A stretch of 64,000 nt of DNA from an uncultured Acidobacteriota bacterium (GTDB lineage Bacteria > Acidobacteriota > UBA6911), in NCBI GenBank assembly GCA_963809485.1, contig CAWEJX010000007.1:448001-512000 (forward strand), read 5' to 3'. A model generated the notes under the pieces. The model had not been told where the DNA came from. It searched no databases and was given only the letters and a program-made list of their open reading frames with translations. The translations under genes and the position numbers were made by a program. Shown one piece after another: positions 53,081-61,804 of the stretch. Each line of letters opens with the position of its first letter. Within the stretch, counting starts at the first letter, position 1.

Positions 53081-54421
53081 CTACACCTCCATACTCAGCT
53101 TTGAATCCGCCATGCTTTCCACCCGGGCGGGTCGGTATGAAACGGATTCCGTTTCGTTTCGCCAGCGCTTTATCAGCTCGGGCTTTTTCTCTTCGAAGGT
53201 CAGGCACAGGCGCTCGATCCTGTCATCCACTTCGTTGGAGCCCAGCATCCGGGTCTCGCTGACAAAGGATGCGATGCGCGCCAGATAGAGGGGCGTCAGA
53301 GACCGGAGCAGGTGTCCGCGTTCCACAGGCTGTTTCTTATAGGCCACGGCGAAGTCGAGAACGACCTGGGACCAGAGATCGTCGTCCAGGCTGAAATCCT
53401 TCGCGCCGGGATTCCGGGCCCCGATTCTGCGAATGGCTGCAAATGCCTCCGGGGAAAGCGCCGCAGACCAGATCTCGCCCAGCTCCTCGCACCCCCGCTT
53501 GAAGGCTGCGATCATCCGTTCGGTATTGACCTCGATCGGATCCAGGCCGACGCCGTAGCGGAATCCGAACAGGTCCACTTCCTGGCTGCCCGTGCTCGAC
53601 GTCCACACCGGTTCATATTCCTGCATCAGCCGGAATACGCTGCCGACAACCTGGTGCAGCATGTCGCTCAGATGGAGGCCGGGGTCCTTGGCATCGTGCA
53701 GCTTTGCGCCAAGAAAGCTTTGGCACACGCGGTAACCCTCTGCCATCGCAATTGTGGACATCCATATGTCGATGCCGAAGCGGGCGGTATCGGTTTCCCA
53801 GTCGCTCCGGGTCAGATACCGCCCGATCAGCCGCCGGGAGATTCCAAAATCGCCGCCGATCGGTTGGCGCAACCGCAGGCCATAAAGCGCCCGGGTCAAG
53901 GGGTAAACGATGCTGTTGGTGATTGTGCCGTCATACTTGTGACGGTGATAGTACGGCCCGACAAAATCAAACCCCGTGTGCAGTATGGGCCGCAGGAGCA
54001 AGTCGATCCACTCGGGTGTTATCGAGCGCAGATCCGAATCCACGACCACGCAGGCCCGGGCGTCGAGATGTTGGGCAATCTGAAAGATCAGGTGGAACGC
54101 GCTGCCCTTGCCCGGAATTCCGTGATACGGGAAGGACAGCCGGTGCACTGGGAACAGCGGTGTCGTCATCAGCAGAAGCCGTTCCTTGTCAAGGCCCGTT
54201 CCCAGCACCGCATCGCGCGTGCCGTCGGTTGAGCCGCCGTCGGAGTTGACGATCACTGCCCGGAACTGCGGAAAGTATTTCTCCAATCCGGCCTGCGCCG
54301 CCGCGATCACGTGGCCGATCGTTCGGCCGTTGTTGTAGCTGGGCACACCGATCACGATGTCCGCTCTGTCGATTCCCTCCAATGCTTTATGAGCCTCCTC
54401 GGAAAATAGCCTTTCGATCAT
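53081..54421 (-). CDS. GT2-fold glucosylglycerate/mannosylglycerate synthase-like (single-step Ggs/Mgs)
   Basis: GVPSYNN, SDGGSTDGT, PGKGSA, DSDLRSI, RHKYDGTITN, RQPIGGDFG, FGIDIW, KLHDAKDP. Confidence 0.75.
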   Translation of the reverse strand: MIERLFSEEAHKALEGIDRADIVIGVPSYNNGRTIGHVIAAAQAGLEKYFPQFRAVIVNSDGGSTDGTRDAVLGTGLDKERLLLMTTPLFPVHRLSFPYHGIPGKGSAFHLIFQIAQHLDARACVVVDSDLRSITPEWIDLLLRPILHTGFDFVGPYYHRHKYDGTITNSIVYPLTRALYGLRLRQPIGGDFGISRRLIGRYLTRSDWETDTARFGIDIWMSTIAMAEGYRVCQSFLGAKLHDAKDPGLHLSDMLHQVVGSVFRLMQEYEPVWTSSTGSQEVDLFGFRYGVGLDPIEVNTERMIAAFKRGCEELGEIWSAALSPEAFAAIRRIGARNPGAKDFSLDDDLWSQVVLDFAVAYKKQPVERGHLLRSLTPLYLARIASFVSETRMLGSNEVDDRIERLCLTFEEKKPELIKRWRNETESVSYRPARVESMADSKLSMEV

Positions 54422-54431
54422 GACCGACCCA

Positions 54432-55661
54432 TCACGATGCACGTCCTTGAATGGATTCAACGCCCGGTTCCACAGCATTCAGCAAGAGGTCGAAGAAGTC
54501 GGGAATAGCCGCCTGCACGCGGTTCCAGCTGGGCATGAGGGGCAGGCCCAGCGGACTCTCGATGAATTCCTGCGCAGCCTGATGAAGGCTCTGGGCAAAG
54601 GTGGCAACGGCGAGCTCCTCCGCGTGCCGGTCGAATTCCAGGCCGTTGATCATGGCGTCCGCGCAATATCGGTCGATCGTGTCCTCCGCCATGCGAACGT
54701 AGCGCACTTCGAGGCTCCGGAAGTGGTCCTTGGTGAAGATGACTCCTTCGGCCGCAAGCGTGCGCATCAGCGACTTTGCAACTTCGCAGGACATCCTTCT
54801 CAGCCCTTTCGTGGGGTCCTCTTCGGACAGTTCCTGGTGCTTGTGTTCATAATTGTCCGCCAGATCCACCTGGCAGATGCGCGCCAGCGAGCAGTTTCGA
54901 TATACCTCGGCAAGCACGCCGACTTCCAGCCCCCAATCCCACGGGATGCGGTTTATCCGGGCCAGGTTGATCTGCATGGCGAATTCGCCCGCAAGGGGAT
55001 ATCGAAAACTGTCCACAAACCGGAGAAAAGGCGTGCTGGGCGCCATGTTTTCCATGGCGCGGATCACGGGAGTCATAAAAAGGCGCGTGACCCGGCCGTG
55101 CATACGGTCCGTGACGCGTGCGTAGTAGCCCTTGCAGAATTCGAAGCCGAGGTTCGGATGCGCGACCGGGTAGACGAGCCGGGCCAGGAGCCTTCGGTCG
55201 TAGTTCACGATATCGCAGTCGTGCAGGGCGATAACGCTGCAGTCGGCCTTCGCCAGGATGTAGCCGTAGGCGATCCAGCAGCTGCGCCCCTTTCCGTCGG
55301 CGCCTGCCGAGAGGCCCTTGTCTTCCAGCATCCGCAGCAGCGCCTGCACCGGTTCGCTGTTTATCCACAAGATGCTGACGGGGCAACGGAAATTTGTGAA
55401 AAATGCCTGTGCCTTTTCATATTCCGATGGGCCCGCCCCGCCCAGCGCGACCACGATACGGCGGAGGTAGTTCACCTGCACCAGTTCTTCAGTGATGCGC
55501 TTCATGGCAGGCGATTCAAACTCGCGGTACAGAGCGGGCAAAACCAGCGCAATGCCCCTGCGCCTGGATATTTCGTTCAGGCCCTTTTCCAGCCGGGCTG
55601 TGCCGTTTTGCTTCAAGCGATGCAGCGTCGCAACCATTCCCGTCTGATAAAAGTCGGCCAT
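54432..55661 (-). CDS. Glucosyl-3-phosphoglycerate synthase-like glycosyltransferase (GpgS)
   Basis: MADFYQ.G..TLH, GKGR, LHDCDI, KGYYAR, GRVTRL, FRYPLAGEF, WGLEVG, YEHKHQ. Confidence 0.8.
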   Translation of the reverse strand: MADFYQTGMVATLHRLKQNGTARLEKGLNEISRRRGIALVLPALYREFESPAMKRITEELVQVNYLRRIVVALGGAGPSEYEKAQAFFTNFRCPVSILWINSEPVQALLRMLEDKGLSAGADGKGRSCWIAYGYILAKADCSVIALHDCDIVNYDRRLLARLVYPVAHPNLGFEFCKGYYARVTDRMHGRVTRLFMTPVIRAMENMAPSTPFLRFVDSFRYPLAGEFAMQINLARINRIPWDWGLEVGVLAEVYRNCSLARICQVDLADNYEHKHQELSEEDPTKGLRRMSCEVAKSLMRTLAAEGVIFTKDHFRSLEVRYVRMAEDTIDRYCADAMINGLEFDRHAEELAVATFAQSLHQAAQEFIESPLGLPLMPSWNRVQAAIPDFFDLLLNAVEPGVESIQGRAS

Positions 55662-56153
55662 GGCGCACCTCCATAACGCTTGTATCAGGAAAACCTGCCG
55701 CGCGGCATCCCCGGAGAAGGGGATTATGTGGAGAAAAAGACAGTAGCTGTGGTTGGTGCTGGATTCCGGGGAAAGCGATCCTTCCTGTTTTCGGAATCCC
55801 CTGCCGACAGGGTTTATTCCGCGCGCTTTTCGCCGTAACGGATATGGCTATGGTGAAACGCCTCTCTGCGGTCGACCTGGCGATCGCGCAAAAAAACAAT
55901 CACTTCCATAGAGGACAAGAAAACATAATTCGCCCTTGGTCCGAAGCAGGCTGCCAGTTCACTTCGAAAAAAACCCTGACCAGGGACAGCCGCTCCGGAT
56001 TTTTCGACCCTATACCGGTTTGATAGGATGGATATAGTTTACCGCACTGCCCGAGCGGTCTGCATTCCTTGGAAAGGGAATCCCGCGCCCAATCGCGGAT
56101 TGCTGCCAGCTTGCGGCGGGCAGGCCGGAAATCCCCCCGAGGCTTTCCAGCTT

Positions 56154-56972
56154 TTACTCTTTCACTCCGCCTGCTGTCAGGCCGGCAACGATTCGTCTTT
56201 GAAAGACGGCTACCGCAGCAATCAGCGGCGCTGTGCTTACGACTATGCCTGCTGCCAGCAATCCCCAGGGAATCTCATAGGCGAACGCGCCGCTCAGCGT
56301 TGCAACTCCCACTGTCACCGTGCGCGAAGATTCCAGGTTCATGAAAGTCATGGCGAACATGAACTCATTCCATGAAAAAATGAATACCAGAAGAAAAGCG
56401 GTCGTTAACGCGGGAATGGCCAGAGGCATGATGATTTTGCGATACGTGTCGAAGGCCGTCAGGCCGTCGATTGCCGCCGCTTCCTCCAGTTCATACGGAA
56501 TCTGTTCCATATATCCTGTAAGCAGCCATACTGCGAAGGGGAGGTTCAATGCGGCGTAGGGAATGATGAGGCCCCAGGGCTGGTTGACCAGGCCCGCGAA
56601 GCGGACAAGTTCATATACCGGGAATACGAGCACAATAGGAGGGAAAAAGGCCAGGATCAGCAGCAAAGAGGCTATCGTGGAGCGGAAACGTCTCGGAGCT
56701 CTTGCGAGCCTGTATGCGGCAAGGGAGGCGCAGGAAGTACAAAGCAACGCCGCAAGCGCCGCGATCACAATGCTGTTGAGATAATAGGCGGCGAACGGCC
56801 GGCGCAGGAAAAGCCCGGCATAATTATCCAGCGTGAAGCTCGAAGGCAACAAGGAGGGCGGTACCTGTGCAAGCTCCAGGGAGTCTTTGACGGAGGATAT
56901 GCCGTACCACGCCAGCGGAGCTGCCGCGACTGCGCACCAGATCAAAATGAAAAGCCTAGCGACCCATTTCAT
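56154..56972 (-). CDS. Carbohydrate ABC transporter permease (MalG-like)
   Basis: ELEEAAAIDG EAA loop; FSWNEF; GLTAGGVK. Confidence 0.95.
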   Translation of the reverse strand: MKWVARLFILIWCAVAAAPLAWYGISSVKDSLELAQVPPSLLPSSFTLDNYAGLFLRRPFAAYYLNSIVIAALAALLCTSCASLAAYRLARAPRRFRSTIASLLLILAFFPPIVLVFPVYELVRFAGLVNQPWGLIIPYAALNLPFAVWLLTGYMEQIPYELEEAAAIDGLTAFDTYRKIIMPLAIPALTTAFLLVFIFSWNEFMFAMTFMNLESSRTVTVGVATLSGAFAYEIPWGLLAAGIVVSTAPLIAAVAVFQRRIVAGLTAGGVKE

Positions 56973-57846
56973 ATTTCCTTGGCAGCAGGGAATAAAGCGC
57001 CCAGGCAGTCAGGGCCAGTACAAGCACGATGGCCACCACAAGCGCGCCGCCGTAACCGAAATCAAGATATCGCATATAGGTATAATAGCCGTATACCGAA
57101 ACCGTCTCTGTCGCGCCGCCCGGTCCCCCCCCGGTCAGCACATAAACCAGATCAAAAACCGCAAAAGCCTGGACGATTCTGAATATCAGCGCCAGGAAAA
57201 TGAACGGCAACAGATAGGGCAGGGTAACATACCTGAATTTATGCCATGCCGTCCCTCCGTCGATCTCGATGGCCTCATACATTTCCTTTGGAATGCACTG
57301 TAGCCCGGCGAGCAGCACGATAAAGACAAAAGGGAAAGCCTTCCAGACGTCGGCCATGATTATGGTGCTCAACGCCGTCTGCGGCCTTCCCAGCCAGGCC
57401 AGCGGCGAGTCCACGATCCCGATTTTCAGGAGCACGGCATTAATAACGCCGTACTGGTCGTTGAAGATCCACATCCAGAGCACCGCTATGATTGCCGTTG
57501 GAAGAGTCCAGGGGATCAGCAGGAAAGTCCGCGCAGTCCGGCGCCCCTTTTTTATTTTTTCTACGGCCAGGGCCAGCAGCAAGCCAAGCAGGAATTCCAG
57601 AGCAACCGAAACGATCGTAAACAAAGCCGTAGTTTTGAGCGAGCTGTGAAAGCGCGAATCTGCGAGGAGCCGGGCGAAATTTCCCAGTCCGGCGAAATGC
57701 GCCTGGAATCCGGTCTCCAGATTGAGATTCAGAAAACTGAGAATCAACGTCCGGAGGATCGGATAAACAAAGATAAGCAGCACCAGTGCGGCTGCAGGTG
57801 TGAACCAGAGGATTTCACGCATTCTTTTGGATACGAGGATGCTCAT
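56956..57846 (-). CDS. Carbohydrate ABC transporter permease (MalF-like)
   Basis: GLGNF, ADVWK, YEAIEIDG, LTGGGPG. Confidence 0.95.
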   Translation of the reverse strand: MSILVSKRMREILWFTPAAALVLLIFVYPILRTLILSFLNLNLETGFQAHFAGLGNFARLLADSRFHSSLKTTALFTIVSVALEFLLGLLLALAVEKIKKGRRTARTFLLIPWTLPTAIIAVLWMWIFNDQYGVINAVLLKIGIVDSPLAWLGRPQTALSTIIMADVWKAFPFVFIVLLAGLQCIPKEMYEAIEIDGGTAWHKFRYVTLPYLLPFIFLALIFRIVQAFAVFDLVYVLTGGGPGGATETVSVYGYYTYMRYLDFGYGGALVVAIVLVLALTAWALYSLLPRKYEMGR

Positions 57847-57861
57847 GGTGGTTCCCGTACA

Positions 57862-59076
57862 TCACCCTTTCAGAAGAGCGCGAGTCTCCCGCGCCGCTTC
57901 CCTCAGCGCGTCCTCACACGGGATGCGTCCGGTCAGTGCGGCGCTTAACCATCGCTGGAGTATATCCGAAGCCTGCGCGTATTCCGGAATAGAAGGCCGG
58001 GAACGCGCCTTTTCGAAAACAGGCAATAGCTCCGCGGGCACCAGGCTTCTCCGCGAAGGGATTCGGCCCACTTTCTGCTGCACGCGTGTCAACTGCCCGG
58101 AACGAGTCATGTATATCAGGAATTCCCATGCCTTTGCCGGATCCGGGCAAAATCCGGAGATGGCAAATCCCCATCCCCCGAGTGTCGCAGCGCCCGAGTG
58201 TCCCGGCTGATGCACCATGGACGTGAATGCGGTTTTGTCCTTCACCGGCGCGTTACTGCGCTGCATCAGGGACCATACATAAGGCCAGTTGCGAAGAAAC
58301 ACCGCGCGCCCGCTCTGGAACAAAATCCGCGTATCTTCTTCGATATAGCTCGTCACGGCCGGTGGAGATATGGTGCCGATGGTATCCTTTAAAAAATTCA
58401 ATGCCTGGAGCGCCTCCCGCCCGTCTACATAAACCTGCCTTGTCTCCGGATCAATCCAGTCTCCGCCGAACCCCCAGAGAACCTCGAGAAACACGGTGAC
58501 CAGGCCCTCATATTGCTTCCCCTGCCAGAGAAAACCCCAGCGCTCCCTGGTCTGGAGTTCGCGCGACCGCTGAACCAGCTCATCGAAAGTCTGCGGCGGC
58601 TCGGGCAGCAGATCCTTCCGATAGTAAAGCAGGCCTGCATCGGTGAACGCCGGGATGCGGTAAAGACTCCCTTTATAGGACCCCGCTTCGAGTTCCGCGG
58701 GGAGAAAATCCTTGAGGTCTTCCGCTGAGAGACAGCCGGTTAAATCACGGAGCCATCCCGCTGCCGCGAACTTCGCGATCCAGATTGCGTCGCAATAGAC
58801 GATGTCAAAGGCAGATTTCCCGGACAGAAAAGAGGTCGAATAGAGATCTTCCCGCGCATTGGTTGCGGGAGGACCTTCTACCAGGCGCACGCGGGTTCCC
58901 GGATTCAGGCTGTTGAATTCCGTGACAAGCTCGCGCCAGATGCCTGTCCCGTCGGGTTCCATCAAAATCGAAAGCTCCCCGCTAAGGCGTGACGGAGCCA
59001 TCCTCAGGCTGAGGATGATCAATATCGCTATTGCAAGCGCGGCGAAGGCTTTCGCCAGTATCTTTGTCAAAGACAT
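57862..59076 (-). CDS. Sugar ABC transporter substrate-binding protein (trehalose/maltose-like family)
   Basis: DAGLLYYRKDLL, QGKQYEGL, FLRNWPY, ATLGGWG; exact start uncertain. Confidence 0.9.
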   Translation of the reverse strand: MSLTKILAKAFAALAIAILIILSLRMAPSRLSGELSILMEPDGTGIWRELVTEFNSLNPGTRVRLVEGPPATNAREDLYSTSFLSGKSAFDIVYCDAIWIAKFAAAGWLRDLTGCLSAEDLKDFLPAELEAGSYKGSLYRIPAFTDAGLLYYRKDLLPEPPQTFDELVQRSRELQTRERWGFLWQGKQYEGLVTVFLEVLWGFGGDWIDPETRQVYVDGREALQALNFLKDTIGTISPPAVTSYIEEDTRILFQSGRAVFLRNWPYVWSLMQRSNAPVKDKTAFTSMVHQPGHSGAATLGGWGFAISGFCPDPAKAWEFLIYMTRSGQLTRVQQKVGRIPSRRSLVPAELLPVFEKARSRPSIPEYAQASDILQRWLSAALTGRIPCEDALREAARETRALLKG

Positions 59077-60070
59077 GGATGTCCTTAGGTTCGATGTGCA
59101 GCGGTATCGAGTCTGAGGGCGGCCGCTCATCCGAGAGAACCATCAGGGAGACTTCCCCAATTCTTGTATGCACCAGGAATCGAGCGCCGAGGTTTTCGGC
59201 CCAGACGACTTTCGCCGGAATTCCTGTACCTGTTTTGATCGCTTCCGGACGAATACCGATCTTCACGGGTCCGGAGAAATCGAGCCCTGTTTGAATTTCA
59301 TCAGACCCGACGCGAAAAGTGCCCGCTTTTAAAATGACGTCCAGCAGGTTCATTGCCGGCGACCCGATGAATGAGGCTACGAAGAGGTTTTTCGGCATCC
59401 GGTACAGAGCTTCGGGGCTGCTGATCTGCTGGACTTGCCCCCGATCCAAAACGACGGTCCGGTCCGCCAGAGTGGTGGCTTCCACCTGATCGTGTGTGAC
59501 GTAGATTACCGTGGCCTTGAGACGCGAAAAAAGCTCCTTGAGCTCATGACGGACCTTTTCGCGCAAAATCGCGTCGAGGTTGCTAAGCGGTTCATCGAAA
59601 AGAAAAACCTTTGGTTTGCGGATCAATGCCCTTCCCAGGGCGACGCGCTGCCTCTGACCGCCGCTCAACTCGCGCGGTCTCTTCTCGAGCAGGTCTTCGA
59701 TCTCCAGCATCCGGGCGGTCTCGTGTATGCGACGATCGATTTCGGCGCGGGGAGCCTTTTTGAGGACCAGGTTGAGCGCAAGGTTTTCATAGCAGCTCAT
59801 GTGCGGATAAAGAGCATAGGACTGAAAAACCATCGCCACATCGCGCGAACGGGCAGGGATTTCGTTGACCCGCCTGTTTCCTATCCAGATCTCCCCTTCG
59901 GACGGCTGATCGAGACCCGCAATGATGCGGAGAAGTGTCGATTTGCCGCATCCCGAAGGCCCGAGCACCGTCAGTACCTCCTGGTCCCGGATTTCGAAGG
60001 AGACCTCTCTCAGAGCATAAATGCTTCCGGAGAAACGCTTTGAAACGCTCATGCAACGCACAGAAGCCAT
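58982..60070 (-). CDS. Sugar ABC transporter ATPase (MalK-like)
   Basis: GPSGCGKST, VFQSYALYPH, LSGGQRQR, DEPLSNLD, YVTHDQ. Confidence 0.96.
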   Translation of the reverse strand: MASVRCMSVSKRFSGSIYALREVSFEIRDQEVLTVLGPSGCGKSTLLRIIAGLDQPSEGEIWIGNRRVNEIPARSRDVAMVFQSYALYPHMSCYENLALNLVLKKAPRAEIDRRIHETARMLEIEDLLEKRPRELSGGQRQRVALGRALIRKPKVFLFDEPLSNLDAILREKVRHELKELFSRLKATVIYVTHDQVEATTLADRTVVLDRGQVQQISSPEALYRMPKNLFVASFIGSPAMNLLDVILKAGTFRVGSDEIQTGLDFSGPVKIGIRPEAIKTGTGIPAKVVWAENLGARFLVHTRIGEVSLMVLSDERPPSDSIPLHIEPKDIHVFDKDTGESLRRACNSDIDHPQPEDGSVTP

Positions 60071-60243
60071 AGTGCCCCTATTGGAACCGCCGCACGCCGC
60101 CGGCTGCTTTGCTCATTGGGCGGGCGGATGGATGCAATGCGCGGGCAACGTGAACCTCCCGGATCCGCCCCAATGGAAGTCGCCGGGATAAAGCGCGCTA
60201 ACGATGCGGTATATTCTGTCCCTTTGCATCGTTTTCGAATAAT

Positions 60244-60496
60244 TACATTGGTAAACCCCCGGCTCTGCCGAGGGACTCAAAGAGTTTGACCGCTCCGTAT
60301 TTTGAAACGCTGAGAAACGCTGATAAAAGGGCTGACAAACGCCGATTTATTCGGCGAGGGTCGGCGAGCAAAAGCCGATGAGGCGCTTCATCGGCTTTTG
60401 CCCGTATAAGTCAGCGTTCAAGACCGGCGTAACTAGTCCAACCGCTTTGAGCGGTTCCAATCTTTCAAGCCTCCGGCTTTGCCGGAGGTACCTGAC
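60244..60496 (+). mobile_element. Non-autonomous IS200/IS605-type element, copy 3
   Basis: TAAT 60240-60243, TGAC 60493-60496; has an extra internal 14-bp perfect inverted repeat. Confidence 0.85.
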
Positions 60497-60497
60497 T

Positions 60498-60875
60498 TCA
60501 CGACTCCAGGATGACCGTGGCTACTGCCCACTGCTCCGTGTGCGAAAGGCTGAGGTGCACTTTGCCGGCTCCCTTGCTCAGGCTGAGCCTTTCGGCTTCA
60601 CCGTGAAGCAGCATGGTAGGGGCGCCCTGCCTTTCCCTGTGAACCTCCACATCCAGCCAGGTCACTCCCTGGGCCCAGCCCGTCCCCAGCGCTTTGAAAA
60701 GCGCTTCTTTTGCGGCGAAACGCGCAGCAAAGTGAGGCACCGGGTCGCGGTGGCCCGAGCAGAACTGCTGTTCCCCGGGCGTGAAGACCCTTCCGATGAA
60801 ACGGTCCTTCAGCCGGTCCATGACTTTTCGAAGACGGGCAATTTCGACGATATCCACACCGGTGCCGATGATCAT
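60498..60875 (-). CDS. acpS: Holo-ACP synthase
   Basis: GTGVDIVE, FAAKEA, SLSH. Confidence 0.97.
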   Translation of the reverse strand: MIIGTGVDIVEIARLRKVMDRLKDRFIGRVFTPGEQQFCSGHRDPVPHFAARFAAKEALFKALGTGWAQGVTWLDVEVHRERQGAPTMLLHGEAERLSLSKGAGKVHLSLSHTEQWAVATVILES

Positions 60876-60931
60876 CAATAACTCCGATAGCGGGTTGACA
60901 GAGTGCGACAAAACGACTCAATATTCCGGAT

Positions 60932-61747
60932 ATGCGAAGGGATGGATTTGTCCTCCGGCAGGCCCGGGGAATACCTGTATACAGCTGCTGTGCCTTTGAA
61001 AAGCTGGGAGGCCTTTGTCATGGCTTCTCCACGCGCAGGGACGGCGCACCCGCGCTTTCCGAATGCTCCCTGAACCTCGGCTATACTGCCTGGGACACGC
61101 CTGAGCGTGTGGATCAAAACCGTCGGCGGTTCCTGGATGCAATCCGTCTCGACGAAGCGCGCCTGGTTACCCTGCACCAGGTTCATTCCAATCGTGTGTA
61201 TATCATAAGGGATAATTCCGGCCAATGGAACCAGCCAGAAGCGGATGCGCTCATCACCGGCATGGAAGGCGTTGCCCTGGCGGTTCAAACCGCCGATTGC
61301 CTGCCGGTGCTGATCGCGGATCCTGTGACGGGGACCCTGGCGGCAGTCCATGCGGGCTGGAGAGGAACGCTGGCACACATTTTGCCGGGCACGGTCCATC
61401 AGATGAAGACAAGCTTCGGCGTCGATCCTGCCAATCTCCGGGTTGCTGTCGGACCCGGAATCCGAAGCTGCTGCTATGAAGTGGGACCGGAAGTGGCGGA
61501 GTTTTTCGACGAGGAATTCCCGGGAGCGAACCTAGTTGCGCCAGCACAGGCGCCGGGGAAATATCTACTGGATCTGTGCCGCGCCCTGGAAGTCGACGCG
61601 CACAGGGCGGGAATACGGCCGGAAAATTTTAATGATTCCTGCCTCTGCACCCGGTGCCGCAGCGACGAATTCTTCTCCTATCGCGCCGAGGGAGCCCGCG
61701 CCGGCCGGATGATGGCCGTCATCGGTCGAATTCCGCTCACACGGTGA
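60932..61747 (+). CDS. pgeF: YfiH/PgeF-family protein
   Basis: HGFSTR, QVHS, TADCLPVL, HAGWRG, CCYEVG, FFSYR. Confidence 0.93.
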   Translation: MRRDGFVLRQARGIPVYSCCAFEKLGGLCHGFSTRRDGAPALSECSLNLGYTAWDTPERVDQNRRRFLDAIRLDEARLVTLHQVHSNRVYIIRDNSGQWNQPEADALITGMEGVALAVQTADCLPVLIADPVTGTLAAVHAGWRGTLAHILPGTVHQMKTSFGVDPANLRVAVGPGIRSCCYEVGPEVAEFFDEEFPGANLVAPAQAPGKYLLDLCRALEVDAHRAGIRPENFNDSCLCTRCRSDEFFSYRAEGARAGRMMAVIGRIPLTR

Positions 61748-61792
61748 CGCGGAGCTCACGGAGGACCTGCTCTGCCTCCGTGAACTCCGCGT
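61747..61792. repeat. Periodic palindrome (CRCGGAG units) next to element copy 4
   Basis: acgcggagctcacggagg ... cctccgtgaactccgcgt. Confidence 0.65.
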
Positions 61793-61804
61793 TTCCCCAT
61801 TAAT

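Noticed and set aside
55680-56150. 470-bp intergenic region upstream of the GpgS-like gene
   Set aside because: No convincing ORF, riboswitch or repeat recognised by eye.
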